Assembly (NCBI GenBank): GCA_035546175.1
Contig: DASZWW010000039.1
Location: 1 to 55,868, forward strand
Direction: 5' to 3'
Source: Polyangia bacterium
GTDB lineage: Bacteria > Myxococcota_A > Polyangia > Fen-1088
Length of the DNA stretch: 55,868 bases
Part shown: piece after piece, positions 8,051-18,984 of the stretch
Numbering within the stretch: position 1 is the first letter of the stretch
Layout: each line of letters opens with the position of its first letter
Program-made: the position numbers and the translations under genes
Notes under the pieces: model-generated
The model's database searches: none
Told to the model about the DNA's origin: nothing
The model's input: the letters and a program-made list of their open reading frames with translations, nothing else

Positions 8051-9388
8051 TCAGATCTTCTGGGGCTTGAAGCCGCCCTTGCGCCGGTCGTTGAGGAAGA
8101 TGAGGCCGAAGACCACCAGCAGGATGGCCGGCAGGATCGCGACGGCGCGGAACGACTCCGCGGCGGCGGCGCTGTCGATCGTCGTGCGCGCCGTCTCCGA
8201 GAGGGCCTTGTACGCGGCCTCGCCGCCCGCGGCCTTGATCTTGGCGTTGTCGAAGATCTTGCCCATCTCCGGCAGCACGAAGTAGATGGCCAGCGACCCG
8301 GCCGAGCCGATGAGGCCCATGAGGAACGCGCCGCCCTTGGGGTAGCGCTCGTTGACCGAGGCCAGCATCGTCGGCCACATGTAGCAGACGCCCGTGCCCC
8401 AGATGGTGGCCGTGAGCAGCCCCGTCACGGGCGAGTTCGCGTGCGAGAGCGCGAACAGGCCGATCGAGGCGAGCGCGCAGGAGACCCAGAGCAGGCCCAC
8501 CGACGAGAGCTTGTGCACCATGGTGCCCGCGAAGTGCCGCATGACGAACATGAGGCCGCCGACGTAGGCGCCGAGGAGGATGCCGCGCATGCCGACGGTG
8601 TGCGAGAGGGCGATGTCGACCCACTGGCCCGGCGCGAGCTCGGAGGACGAGGTGAGGAACATGGCCAGGAACCACACGATGAAGCCGGGGCGCAGCGCCT
8701 CCTTGTACATCTCCTTCGTCGTGACGCCCGCCGTGACCCGCTCGGTCTTGGGGAACTTGGTGCCCACGCAGAGCGCGAGGATCGCGACCGCCGGGATGAG
8801 GAGGAGCCCGAACTCGACGCGCCAGCCGAGGGCGTGGCCGGCGAAGCCGCCGATGAGGCTGCCCACGATCATGCCGAAGGGCCACCAGGCGTGCAGCACG
8901 TTGAGGCGGTGCACCTTGTCGCCCGGGTAGATCGACGTCGTGAGCGGGTTGATGACGGTCTCGGAGCAGCCCCACCCGAAGCCGTTGACGAACATCCCGA
9001 TGCCGACGACGGTGGCCATGCCCGGCCCCGAGGCCAGCTTGTCGGCGCCGATGACGAGCAGCGGGCCCACGATGAACGACAGGCCGCACATGCCCAGCAT
9101 GTTGCGCATGCCGATCGAGTCGACGACGGCGCTGCCGAGGAACACCCAGAACGCGAACCCGAGGAAGGCCCAGCTGAGCGCGCCCCCCACCATCGTCGCC
9201 GAGCGCAGCGAATCGATCGGGTCGAACAGCTGCGTCTTGAGATCGCTCGCGATGCTGGCGCGCAGCGCGAAGCTCATGCTCGTCGTCGCGAGGCAGAGGC
9301 AGCAGAGCACGAACAGCTTGCGGACTTTGATGGCCGTGTCGGCGCTGGCTGCGACGGGCGATGCGATGGCGCTGGTGGTCGACTCCAT
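8051..9388 (-). CDS. MFS transporter (sugar/fucose-permease-like)
   Basis: 445 aa with about 12 hydrophobic segments and a central loop (KFPKTERVTAGVTTKEMYKEALRPG). ATG preceded by AAGAGGGGA. Starts 16 bp upstream of lactonase copy 1. Confidence 0.8.
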   Translation of the reverse strand: MESTTSAIASPVAASADTAIKVRKLFVLCCLCLATTSMSFALRASIASDLKTQLFDPIDSLRSATMVGGALSWAFLGFAFWVFLGSAVVDSIGMRNMLGMCGLSFIVGPLLVIGADKLASGPGMATVVGIGMFVNGFGWGCSETVINPLTTSIYPGDKVHRLNVLHAWWPFGMIVGSLIGGFAGHALGWRVEFGLLLIPAVAILALCVGTKFPKTERVTAGVTTKEMYKEALRPGFIVWFLAMFLTSSSELAPGQWVDIALSHTVGMRGILLGAYVGGLMFVMRHFAGTMVHKLSSVGLLWVSCALASIGLFALSHANSPVTGLLTATIWGTGVCYMWPTMLASVNERYPKGGAFLMGLIGSAGSLAIYFVLPEMGKIFDNAKIKAAGGEAAYKALSETARTTIDSAAAAESFRAVAILPAILLVVFGLIFLNDRRKGGFKPQKI

Positions 9389-9593
9389 GGGGTCCCCTCT
9401 TGGCTGGTGATGCGAGTGTTCAGGTGACGGACCGGACGCGCGAGGGCGGCTCGTGCAGGCACCTGGGTGCGGCAGAAGGCGGAGCGGATGGCGACATTAC
9501 CGGATCCCGCTTTGGAGGCAACCGTCCCGTGCGAGCCCCGCGCCCGGCGCGGCCTTCGGGACGCCGCGCGGCGTTTACGCCCGGCGGATCCGG

Positions 9594-10817
9594 CTATTTC
9601 AGGTCCGTCTCCGACTCGTTCATGATCTTCACGCTCGAGATGTTGACGCCGCAGGGCGGGAACTCGTTGGGCGTGAAGAAGTTGTCCGAGAGCTTCGAGT
9701 AGTAGTTCTCGCCGTCGTCGAGCGTCGCGTCGTCGGCCGCCGGGATGGGCACCGAGATCTTCTGCGGCAGCGCCTGGCCTTGCAGGCCCGCGAGCGCGGC
9801 CTTGATGGCGATGGCCGCCAGGCCCGGCGAGTCGCCCAGCGACAGGCCCTTGCCGCCCTGCGTGGCCCACTTCGCGATCTGCTTGCGCGCGCCGTTCTCG
9901 GCCTCCGTCGCCACGGGGATGGGCTTGTGGCCGGCCTCGACGAGCGCGCGCAGCGCCCCCGTCGAGCCGCCCTGCACCATCATCCCGTCGAACTTCTTGT
10001 GCGTCGCCAGGGCCGCGGCGACGGCCCGCTGCGCCTTGCTGTCGTCCCAGCTCCCGACGACCTCGACGATCTCGTACCGCTTGCCCTTGGCCCCCATGAC
10101 CGAGCGGAAGCCCTCGTGCCGGTCGCGCTCCGTCGAGTTGCCCTCGAGGCCGCGCACCTCGAGCACCTTGCCCTTGCCGCCGAGGAGCTTGTCGAGGAAC
10201 TCGCCCCACTTCCGCCCCATGGCCGTCTGGTCCTCGTTGACCTCCACGACCTTGTCGGTGTCGAGCACGCCGTCGAAGGGCACGAGCAGCACGTCGTGCT
10301 TGTCGGCGAGCTCGATGACGCGGTCGAAGCCCTTCGGGCTCACGGCGAGCGTCACGATGCCGTCGAAGCCCTGGTTGATGAAGTCCTCGATGGCCGCCAG
10401 CTGGGCGTTCAGGTTCGTGCCCGTCGAGACGACCTTGAACTCCTTGATGAGCGGGGCGACGGCCGGGTCCTTCACGAAGGCCTTCGCCGTCTTCACCATC
10501 TGGATGCGCCAGGCGTTGCCGACGAAGCCGTTGACGAGGGCGATGCGATACGGCGGCTCGCGCGCGGGCCACTGCAGGAACCTCGAGGTGCCGGGCCAGG
10601 GCTTGAAGCACTCGGGCATCGCGCCGGGGCCGGGGACGACCTTCGGCCCCGTGCCGTCGGTGACGCGCGGCTTGTTGGTCCCGCTCGGCCCCGGGGCGGA
10701 CCCGCCGCCGCTGACGGAGCCCATCAGATCCTGGACTTGCTTGCAGCCGCTCGGCAGGGTGAGCAGGGCGGGAACGGCCAGCGTCAGCGCGAGCGCGCGC
10801 ACGATGCGGTTCGGCAT
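9594..10817 (-). CDS. Periplasmic type-I sugar-binding lipoprotein (ABC-type substrate-binding fold)
   Basis: Uses internal ATG 10817 (MPNRIVRALALTLAVPALLTLPSGC, lipobox LPSGC), followed by a Gly/Pro linker. The body has a ribose/galactose-type binding-protein pattern (RIALVNGFVGNAWR, FDGIVTLAVSP, VLLVPFDG, RDRHEGF). Confidence 0.75.
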   Translation of the reverse strand: MPNRIVRALALTLAVPALLTLPSGCKQVQDLMGSVSGGGSAPGPSGTNKPRVTDGTGPKVVPGPGAMPECFKPWPGTSRFLQWPAREPPYRIALVNGFVGNAWRIQMVKTAKAFVKDPAVAPLIKEFKVVSTGTNLNAQLAAIEDFINQGFDGIVTLAVSPKGFDRVIELADKHDVLLVPFDGVLDTDKVVEVNEDQTAMGRKWGEFLDKLLGGKGKVLEVRGLEGNSTERDRHEGFRSVMGAKGKRYEIVEVVGSWDDSKAQRAVAAALATHKKFDGMMVQGGSTGALRALVEAGHKPIPVATEAENGARKQIAKWATQGGKGLSLGDSPGLAAIAIKAALAGLQGQALPQKISVPIPAADDATLDDGENYYSKLSDNFFTPNEFPPCGVNISSVKIMNESETDLK

Positions 10818-10833
10818 GTGTCCCCCTTCGGCT

Positions 10834-11712
10834 TCAGAGCGCGAACAGGTTCGCAGGAACCCCTTGTACATCGTCGAGCGTGATCGCGTAAAGGGAGCCC
10901 GCGTCGACGTCGGCGCGATCCTCCTCGGGCGACATGAGGTAGCGCGCCGACGTCACGAAGAGCGTGCGCAGGTCCGGCCCGCCGAAGGCGGGGCAGCTTG
11001 GTCGGGTCACCGGCATCGCGACGACGCGGTCGACCTCGCCCGTGGGCGCGTAGCGCACGACGCGCGCCGCGCCCCACTCGGCGTTCCAGAGGTAGCCGGC
11101 GGCGTCGGTGCAGCTGCCGTCCGGGTGCTTCTCCGTCCGCGCGAAGGGCCGCCAGGCCGTCGGCAGGCCCGCGTCGTCGAGGGTCGTCTCCTCGATGAGC
11201 TGCGCCATCGAGTCGCCGAAGTACATCCGGCGGCGCGACGGATCGAAGGCGATCGAGTTCGAGACGCCGATGTCGTCGCGCACGGCGCGCGCCTTCCCGT
11301 CGGCGGTCACGCACCACAGGCGCCCGCGGCGCGCCTTCTCGTCGTGCTGCATCGAGCCCACCCAGAAGCGCCCCGCGGCGTCGGCGCGCCCGTCGTTGAG
11401 CCGGTTCGCCGGCCGGTCGGCCTCGAGCACGACGAGCTCCTCGAGCGAGGAGAGCCCGCGCGCCGGATCGAAGCGGACGATCCGATCCTGCTGCGTGAGG
11501 ATGAGGCCCCCCGAGCGGCACTCGGCGAGCGAGCCCGTGAAGCGATCGAGCTGCCACGACTCGAGCGACGAGGCGCGCCCCCCCGCGGCCGGGCGGTACG
11601 CGTGGAGGCGCTTGCCGACGATGTCCACGAAGTAGAGGCGCTGCTCCCGCTCCGACCAGAGCGGCCCCTCCCCGAGCGCGCAGGGAGGGACGTCGACCTT
11701 CTCGATGCGCAC
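10834..11712 (-). CDS. SMP-30/gluconolactonase/LRE-family lactonase (copy 2)
   Basis: GEGPLWSEREQRLYFVDIVGKRL, NRLNDGRADAAGRFWVGSM, SNSIAFDPS, PDGSCTDAAGYLWNA and FGGPDLRTLFVTS. A paralogue of the 7114..8034 gene. Confidence 0.85.
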   Translation of the reverse strand: MRIEKVDVPPCALGEGPLWSEREQRLYFVDIVGKRLHAYRPAAGGRASSLESWQLDRFTGSLAECRSGGLILTQQDRIVRFDPARGLSSLEELVVLEADRPANRLNDGRADAAGRFWVGSMQHDEKARRGRLWCVTADGKARAVRDDIGVSNSIAFDPSRRRMYFGDSMAQLIEETTLDDAGLPTAWRPFARTEKHPDGSCTDAAGYLWNAEWGAARVVRYAPTGEVDRVVAMPVTRPSCPAFGGPDLRTLFVTSARYLMSPEEDRADVDAGSLYAITLDDVQGVPANLFAL

Positions 11713-11734
11713 GGGCTCGCTTGCGGCGGCGTCT

Positions 11735-13048
11735 CTACCAGACGTAGTTCGCGCCGGCGCCCGTGTAGACGAGGGTGTTGTGCTCGCCGTAGTGCCACTC
11801 GTTGTGCCAGTACATGAACTCGGCCTCGAGGACGACCGCGTCGAACTGCTTGGCGAGCGTGACGTGGCCTTCCGCCGAGGACTTCAAGATCGACAGCGAC
11901 GTGCTGGGCTGGCCCGGCATCATCGTCATCGGGTCGATGTAGAGCTCCGGAGCGTCGATCTGGTTCGCCTCCATGTACGAGATGCCCGCCCCGGCGGCCA
12001 CGGTGAGCTCCGCCGGCAGACGGACGGCCGCGTTGCCGAAGAAGCCGCGGCCCGTGCGCAGGTGCTTCGAGGCGTCGGCGGACAGAGGGTTGGAGGAGTC
12101 GCCGACCTCCATGAAGGTGCGCGTCCCGCAGCCCTTGCACTGCCAGCCGCCGCCGCCGATCGAGAGGGGACCGGCGTCGAGGAGCGCGGAGCCGAAGACC
12201 CCGAGCGCTTGCTGCACGAGGAGCGGCATCGTGAAGTCGGACGGGCGGTAGTTGAGCGTCAACGTCGCCATCTGCACCCACGCGCGCAGGCGCGCCGCCG
12301 CGCCGAAGGACTGATCGAAGTTGAGCTCGGCGTCGATGCGCGGATATGGCGTCATCTGCAGATCGGGCGTCACGTCCGGATCGACGACGGCGGCCTGGAG
12401 CTGCAGCGCCGCGAACCGCGGCGACTCATAGCGGAGCTGGGCGTCGAAGTTGGCGAACTGGGGCCCGGCGCCGACGGGACCGCACGCGATCGTCGGCTGG
12501 TTGACGAAGCACGGGTTGCCGACGCCGTACCGGTGAGAGAGGAGGATGATGGGCGCGCCGCCCGACGCGTAGATGTTGAACATGCGGCCGAAGCGAAACG
12601 TCCCGGCCGGCCCGATGACCGACGCCCACGCCTCGCGGACGTCGACGCTCTTGTTGGCCTCCTGCTGCCGGTTGCTCGAGATGTCGGCGAGGTTGATGGC
12701 GACCAGCGAGTCGACGTGCACGGTCTGCGAGATCATGCGCCGCACGCCGAAGCCCATCTGCGTGCCGATGAAGCCGCTGCGCACGCGCGACAGCAGGATG
12801 CTGTCGTCCTTCGGATCCTTCGCGCCGCCTTCGTTCGTCGTGCCGCCGACGACCACGCCGTGCATCGACGAGGGATCGCCCTTGCCGACCGCGAGCTGGT
12901 AGTGCGAGGCGATGAGGCCGCGTGCGTAGAGGCTCCACCCGTCGTTGTCGTAGATCGTGATGTCCGCGCGCGCGGAGGACGCGCAGAGCGAGATCGCGGA
13001 GGCGAGGACGGCGGCGGAGAGCAGGCTCGACACACGGGTTCCTCTCAT
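11735..13048 (-). CDS. Outer-membrane porin-like beta-barrel
   Basis: Uses internal ATG 13048 (MRGTRVSSLLSAAVLASAISLCASSARA signal peptide). Shows alternating beta-strand periodicity and a C-terminal aromatic end (GANYVW). Confidence 0.7.
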   Translation of the reverse strand: MRGTRVSSLLSAAVLASAISLCASSARADITIYDNDGWSLYARGLIASHYQLAVGKGDPSSMHGVVVGGTTNEGGAKDPKDDSILLSRVRSGFIGTQMGFGVRRMISQTVHVDSLVAINLADISSNRQQEANKSVDVREAWASVIGPAGTFRFGRMFNIYASGGAPIILLSHRYGVGNPCFVNQPTIACGPVGAGPQFANFDAQLRYESPRFAALQLQAAVVDPDVTPDLQMTPYPRIDAELNFDQSFGAAARLRAWVQMATLTLNYRPSDFTMPLLVQQALGVFGSALLDAGPLSIGGGGWQCKGCGTRTFMEVGDSSNPLSADASKHLRTGRGFFGNAAVRLPAELTVAAGAGISYMEANQIDAPELYIDPMTMMPGQPSTSLSILKSSAEGHVTLAKQFDAVVLEAEFMYWHNEWHYGEHNTLVYTGAGANYVW

Positions 13049-13229
13049 GGTGTTTCTCAACCTTTCTGGCCTCCCTGCCGGGGAGGCGAACGTTGGTTCG
13101 GGCGCGACCAGACAGCCGATCCGGCGCAGCCGCGGAAACACCAACTGTCGCCGAGCCCGGGAACACACATCCCCGTACCCAGGCGCGGCGACTTATAACA
13201 TCGGTGATTTCGGTTGTGTTGCAAATCTC

Positions 13230-13258
13230 GCGCGGCGCGCCGGCGGACCGCGCCGCGC
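13230..13258. other. Perfect 10-bp GC hairpin in the porin / FG-GAP divergent intergenic region
   Basis: GCGCGGCGCG (13230-13239), loop CCGGCGGAC, then CGCGCCGCGC (13249-13258). Lies inside a visibly less GC-rich 455-bp spacer and has no T-run. Confidence 0.5.
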
Positions 13259-13503
13259 TACGGCCCGTAAACGAATTCGTCCGGCTGGACGCGTCGTCAT
13301 TGAGCCGTTTCCCCGTCGGTCGAGCACTTGACGATCCAGGTAGCCCCCCCTCGGGGCGTCACCTGGTTGCCCGCGTGTGCACTCCGATGGTAAGAAACGC
13401 AACATCCTTGGTGCTCGAACTACTACGATTGCTCGCTCTGTAGGTGAATCGGGTTCGAGGTAATCCAACAGAGCCCTTCGCCACTGCCCCTGGAGGAACT
13501 TCT

Positions 13504-15297
<1,794 letters not shown>

Positions 15298-15342
15298 GCC
15301 GAGCAGACGCGGCTCGCTAGGTCCAGAATCGTTCCACCCGCG

Positions 15343-15386
15343 CGCCGCCTGGTCCCTGGACCAGGCGGCGTTTTCAAGTTAGGACA
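15343..15386 (+). terminator. Terminator-type hairpin plus conserved GTTAGGACA tail (repeat copy A)
   Basis: CGCCGCCTGGTCC (15343-15355) pairs with GGACCAGGCGGCG (15358-15370), followed by TTTTC, 2 nt and GTTAGGACA. Lies 46 bp after the FG-GAP stop. Confidence 0.6.
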
Positions 15387-15407
15387 TTCGGTGGGAGTAC
15401 CAACACT

Positions 15408-16925
15408 ATGATGTTCAAGCATGGCGCGCGCTTAGGATCCCTCGCCGTACCGATCTCTCTCCTCCTCTTCGTGGCGTGCCAGCCCGCCGAGGGGACCAAC
15501 CCCGGGACGGGCGGCTCGGGCGGCGCGAGCGGAAGCAGCGGCGGCTCGGGCTCGGGCTCGCCGGGCGGCGGTGGAGGGAGCGGGAGCGGCGCGGGCACCG
15601 GCGGCGCCAGCGGGATGGCCGGTGGTGGGAGCGGCGGCGGCGGCGTGGGCGGCGGCGGGAGCGGCGGCGGCGGAATGAGCGGCGGCGGGAGCGGCGGCGG
15701 CGGGATGGGCGGCGGGACCTTCAGCTGTCCCACCATGCCCATCCCGGGCAACTGCACCGTGCCGCTCGACCTGCGGTGTCCCTACCAGAAGCTGAGCCAG
15801 ACGGGCTGCATCGATGCCAACCCGTTCAGCGATCCGAAGGTCCCCATCAAGCTGGCGAGCTCCGTCGTTCCCTACGAGGTCAACAGCCCTCTTTGGTCGG
15901 ACGGCGCCTGGAAGACCCGCGGCATGAAGCTGCCGGCGGGGGGGAAGATCCACGTCAAGGACTGCGCGAAGAATCCAGACGAGTGCAAGGTGAACGACTT
16001 CAACACCGGCCAGTGCTGCGCGCCCGTGGCCGATGACGGCAAGTGGGTCTACCCCGCCGGCACCGTGATGGTGAAGAACTTCATGTTCCCGGATACGAGC
16101 CGGCCCTCGGGATACAAGCTCGTCGAGACGAGACTCCTCGTCCACTTCGACAAGGTCGTTCAGCTGGAGGGGGTGAACACCGAGTGGGTCGGCTACGGCT
16201 ACCAGTGGGACGACGCGCAGACGGACGCGACCATCGTCGGCACCCTCGTCGAGGGGAGCGACACGAACGTCAGCGCCATGTTCAACGTCAAGCCGACGAT
16301 GGGCGGCGCCACCCAGTCGGTCACGTGGAATTACCCGAGCCGCAACGATTGCATCACGTGCCACATGCCGATCACGCCGACGACGACGCCCAGCGGCGGG
16401 TTCACGATCGGGCCCGAGACGGCTCAAATGAACCGGACCGTCGCGGGCGACACGATGAACCAGATCGACAAGTTCGCCGCGATGGGCATGTTCGACGCGA
16501 CGCTGACCAAGCCCTACAAGGCTGCCCTGGTGGCCCCGTACCCTGGACAAGCGGGCTCGCCTCCGGCGGGGGCGACGCTCGATCAGCGGGCGCGCTCGTA
16601 CCTGCACGCGAACTGCTCCTTCTGCCATCGTCCGGACGGCAAGTTCCAGGCGTTCGACGTCCGCTACGACATCCCGTTCTTCAAGACGGGCCTCTGCGGT
16701 ACGCCCCCGGGCAAGGGCGATCTGGGCGTGATGGATGCGCTCCTCGTCACGCCAAAGGATCCGTCCAAGTCTCTCGTCTGGTTGCGCATGCACGCTCCCA
16801 AGGGCGACATGACGACCGGCGAGACCGGGCGCATGCCGCAGATCGGGAGCTACGTGGTCGACATGCAGGGCACCCAGCTCATCAGCGATTGGATCACGTC
16901 GATCACCGCTTGCCCGACGATGTAA
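15408..16925 (+). CDS. Tethered lipoprotein with two CxxCH haem-c motifs (SO_2930-like di-haem cytochrome)
   Basis: Lipobox LLFVAC, then ~80 aa Gly/Ser linker. CITCH is at 16350-16364 and CSFCH at 16614-16628. The PYEVNSPLWSDGAWKTR and LVETRLL blocks resemble the SO_2930/HNE_0200-type family as I remember it. Confidence 0.6.
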   Translation: MMFKHGARLGSLAVPISLLLFVACQPAEGTNPGTGGSGGASGSSGGSGSGSPGGGGGSGSGAGTGGASGMAGGGSGGGGVGGGGSGGGGMSGGGSGGGGMGGGTFSCPTMPIPGNCTVPLDLRCPYQKLSQTGCIDANPFSDPKVPIKLASSVVPYEVNSPLWSDGAWKTRGMKLPAGGKIHVKDCAKNPDECKVNDFNTGQCCAPVADDGKWVYPAGTVMVKNFMFPDTSRPSGYKLVETRLLVHFDKVVQLEGVNTEWVGYGYQWDDAQTDATIVGTLVEGSDTNVSAMFNVKPTMGGATQSVTWNYPSRNDCITCHMPITPTTTPSGGFTIGPETAQMNRTVAGDTMNQIDKFAAMGMFDATLTKPYKAALVAPYPGQAGSPPAGATLDQRARSYLHANCSFCHRPDGKFQAFDVRYDIPFFKTGLCGTPPGKGDLGVMDALLVTPKDPSKSLVWLRMHAPKGDMTTGETGRMPQIGSYVVDMQGTQLISDWITSITACPTM

Positions 16926-17009
16926 GACTTCACCGATTCGCTTGCGCAAAAGGCAGGGCGCAGGCATTTTGCACGGACGCGCTCTCCTTTCTTCAGCTAC
17001 GAGGCGAAA

Positions 17010-18890
17010 ATGACCAAGTTGACCAAAGTGTCTGTGGGGCTCGCGGTTGCTCTCTTCGGATGCACGTCGGGCAACGGCCCCGGCGGCACTCCTGGTACGG
17101 CTGGCACGAACCAGGGCACGGCGGGTCAGTCCACCGGCGGCTCCACGGGCACGGCGGGCACGAACCAGGGCACGGCGGGTCAGACCGGGGGCTCGCCGGG
17201 CACTGCGGGCCAGGCCAACGGCGGCGCGATCGGGACGGCCGGCTCGATGGCGGGCGCGATGGGCACGGCGGGTGGCGCTGCGGGCGCGACCGGCGGCTCG
17301 ATGGGCACGGCCGGTGGCGGGGCGGGCGCGGGCGGCACGCCCGTGCTGACGGACGACGTGCTCGAGAGGGGGAAGCGCCCCTCGCGTGACGGCAACTATG
17401 TCCAGCCCACGCTGACGCCGGCAGCAGCGATGAAGATGGGGATGGACACGGCGTTCAATACGGCCGCCAGCTTCACGGGAATGATGTTCTCCTCGCCCCT
17501 CTACCTGGCGAAGGGCCCCGTCACGGGCAAGGGGATCTTCATCGCCGCGACCACGAACAACGACGTCGTGGCCTTCGACGATACGGGCGCGATGGCGTGG
17601 AAGCGCAACATCACGCCGAACCCGGCGAAGTCGGGGGGGTCGCTGTCACCGCGGGGCATCATGGGCACGCCGGTCATCGACTCCACCCTCGGCGCTGATG
17701 GATTCCCGACCATCTACGTGTGCGGCCCCGGCGCCGCGACGCCGGGCGGCGTGCAGGACCGCTACGAGCTGCACGCGATCTCCGCCAAGGATGGAACCGA
17801 GCGCGCCGGTGGTTGGCCGGCGAAGCTCGACGCCACCGTCAAGGCCACGAACGATGGATTGAACCGCGCCTTCAACCCGACCATCGAGGCGCAGCGTCCG
17901 GCGCTGTCGCTGGTCAACGGGATCGTCTACATCGGCTTCGGCGGCCCCTTCGGCGACTTCGGGGCGACGTACTACGGCTGGGTCATCGCGGTCGACAAGA
18001 CGGACCCGACCAAGATCGGCGCGTGGTCGACTCGCGGCGGCGGCGGCGCCATCTGGTCGCCGGGTGGCTTCTCCTCCGACGGTGACGGCGTGCTCGTCAC
18101 GACGGGCAACGCTTACGGCGGCGTTCCGGCGACGTACTCCGACTCCGAGGGCGTCATTCGCCTCAGCGGGATCCCGATCGTCAAGAAGGACGCGTACTGG
18201 CCCGTGCGCTTCAAGCAGATGGACACCGACGACCAGGACATGAGCTCGTCCAGCGTCCTGCTCCTGAACGTGCCCGGCGCGACCCCCGCCAATTACGCGA
18301 TCACCGAGTCGAAGGACGCGCACCTTTACTTCCTCGACGCCTCGAAGCTCGGAGCGGCGACCGGCGGCGGCGAGCTCGTCGACATGACGCTCACGAACTC
18401 GAACCACTCGGCGCGCATCTCCCCCGTGTCCTACACGACGGCCACCGGGATCCACATCGCCGTCACCGTCGACCGCGGTCCGTACCTCGGGTGCCCGGCC
18501 AACTCGACCGCGGACGGAACGCTGGCCGCCCTCATCGGCCTGACGGTGACCCCGGGCAGTCCCGCGACGGTGGCCATCAACTGGTGCACCCCCATCGGGG
18601 GTCCCACGTCGGCCGACGGTGGCACGATCAGGAACCGAAGCGCGTCGCCCCTCGTGACGACCACCGACGGCCACGCCAACCCGATCCTGTGGATCGCCGG
18701 GAGCGCGTCGCAAACCGCGACCAACACGCCGGCGACGGTGCTCAAAGCCATCGACGGGGAGACCGGCGCGGTCCTCTACAGTGGCGGCAACTGCGCGGGG
18801 ATCCGCCAGTGGACGACGCCGATCGCCGTCAAGGGCCACATCGTCCTGGGCGGCGACGCCAAGCTCTGCTCCTGGTCGCCGCAGCCGTAG
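17010..18890 (+). CDS. Tethered lipoprotein with PQQ-like (BamB-like) beta-propeller
   Basis: Lipobox ALFGC, then ~95 aa Gly/Thr/Ala linker with an internal duplication (GTAGTNQGTAGQ twice). Propeller-type blocks: NNDVVAFDDTGAMAWK, GIVYIGFGG, YYGWVIAVD, GGGAIWSPGG, VTTGNA. Confidence 0.65.
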   Translation: MTKLTKVSVGLAVALFGCTSGNGPGGTPGTAGTNQGTAGQSTGGSTGTAGTNQGTAGQTGGSPGTAGQANGGAIGTAGSMAGAMGTAGGAAGATGGSMGTAGGGAGAGGTPVLTDDVLERGKRPSRDGNYVQPTLTPAAAMKMGMDTAFNTAASFTGMMFSSPLYLAKGPVTGKGIFIAATTNNDVVAFDDTGAMAWKRNITPNPAKSGGSLSPRGIMGTPVIDSTLGADGFPTIYVCGPGAATPGGVQDRYELHAISAKDGTERAGGWPAKLDATVKATNDGLNRAFNPTIEAQRPALSLVNGIVYIGFGGPFGDFGATYYGWVIAVDKTDPTKIGAWSTRGGGGAIWSPGGFSSDGDGVLVTTGNAYGGVPATYSDSEGVIRLSGIPIVKKDAYWPVRFKQMDTDDQDMSSSSVLLLNVPGATPANYAITESKDAHLYFLDASKLGAATGGGELVDMTLTNSNHSARISPVSYTTATGIHIAVTVDRGPYLGCPANSTADGTLAALIGLTVTPGSPATVAINWCTPIGGPTSADGGTIRNRSASPLVTTTDGHANPILWIAGSASQTATNTPATVLKAIDGETGAVLYSGGNCAGIRQWTTPIAVKGHIVLGGDAKLCSWSPQP

Positions 18891-18930
18891 ACGCCACGGC
18901 GGCCTGAACCGGGCCCCGTCGCGCTCCTGA

Positions 18931-18976
18931 CGCCGCCTGGTCTCCCTGGACCAGGCGGCGTTTTCGCGTTAGGACA
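18931..18976 (+). terminator. Terminator-type hairpin plus conserved GTTAGGACA tail (repeat copy B)
   Basis: CGCCGCCTGGTC(T)C pairs with GGACCAGGCGGCG (18948-18960), followed by TTTTC, 2 nt and GTTAGGACA. Near-identical to copy A apart from a 1-nt bulge. Lies 41 bp after the propeller stop. Confidence 0.6.
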
Positions 18977-18984
18977 CAAGTCCC

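Noticed and set aside
15376-15412. A sigma-70 promoter (TTAGGA ... TATGAT) giving a leaderless mRNA for the cytochrome gene.
   Set aside because: Spacing between the candidate -35 and -10 is 19 nt or more. The -10-like hexamer overlaps the ATG ATG start, and the same tail in copy B lies at a different distance from the next start codon.
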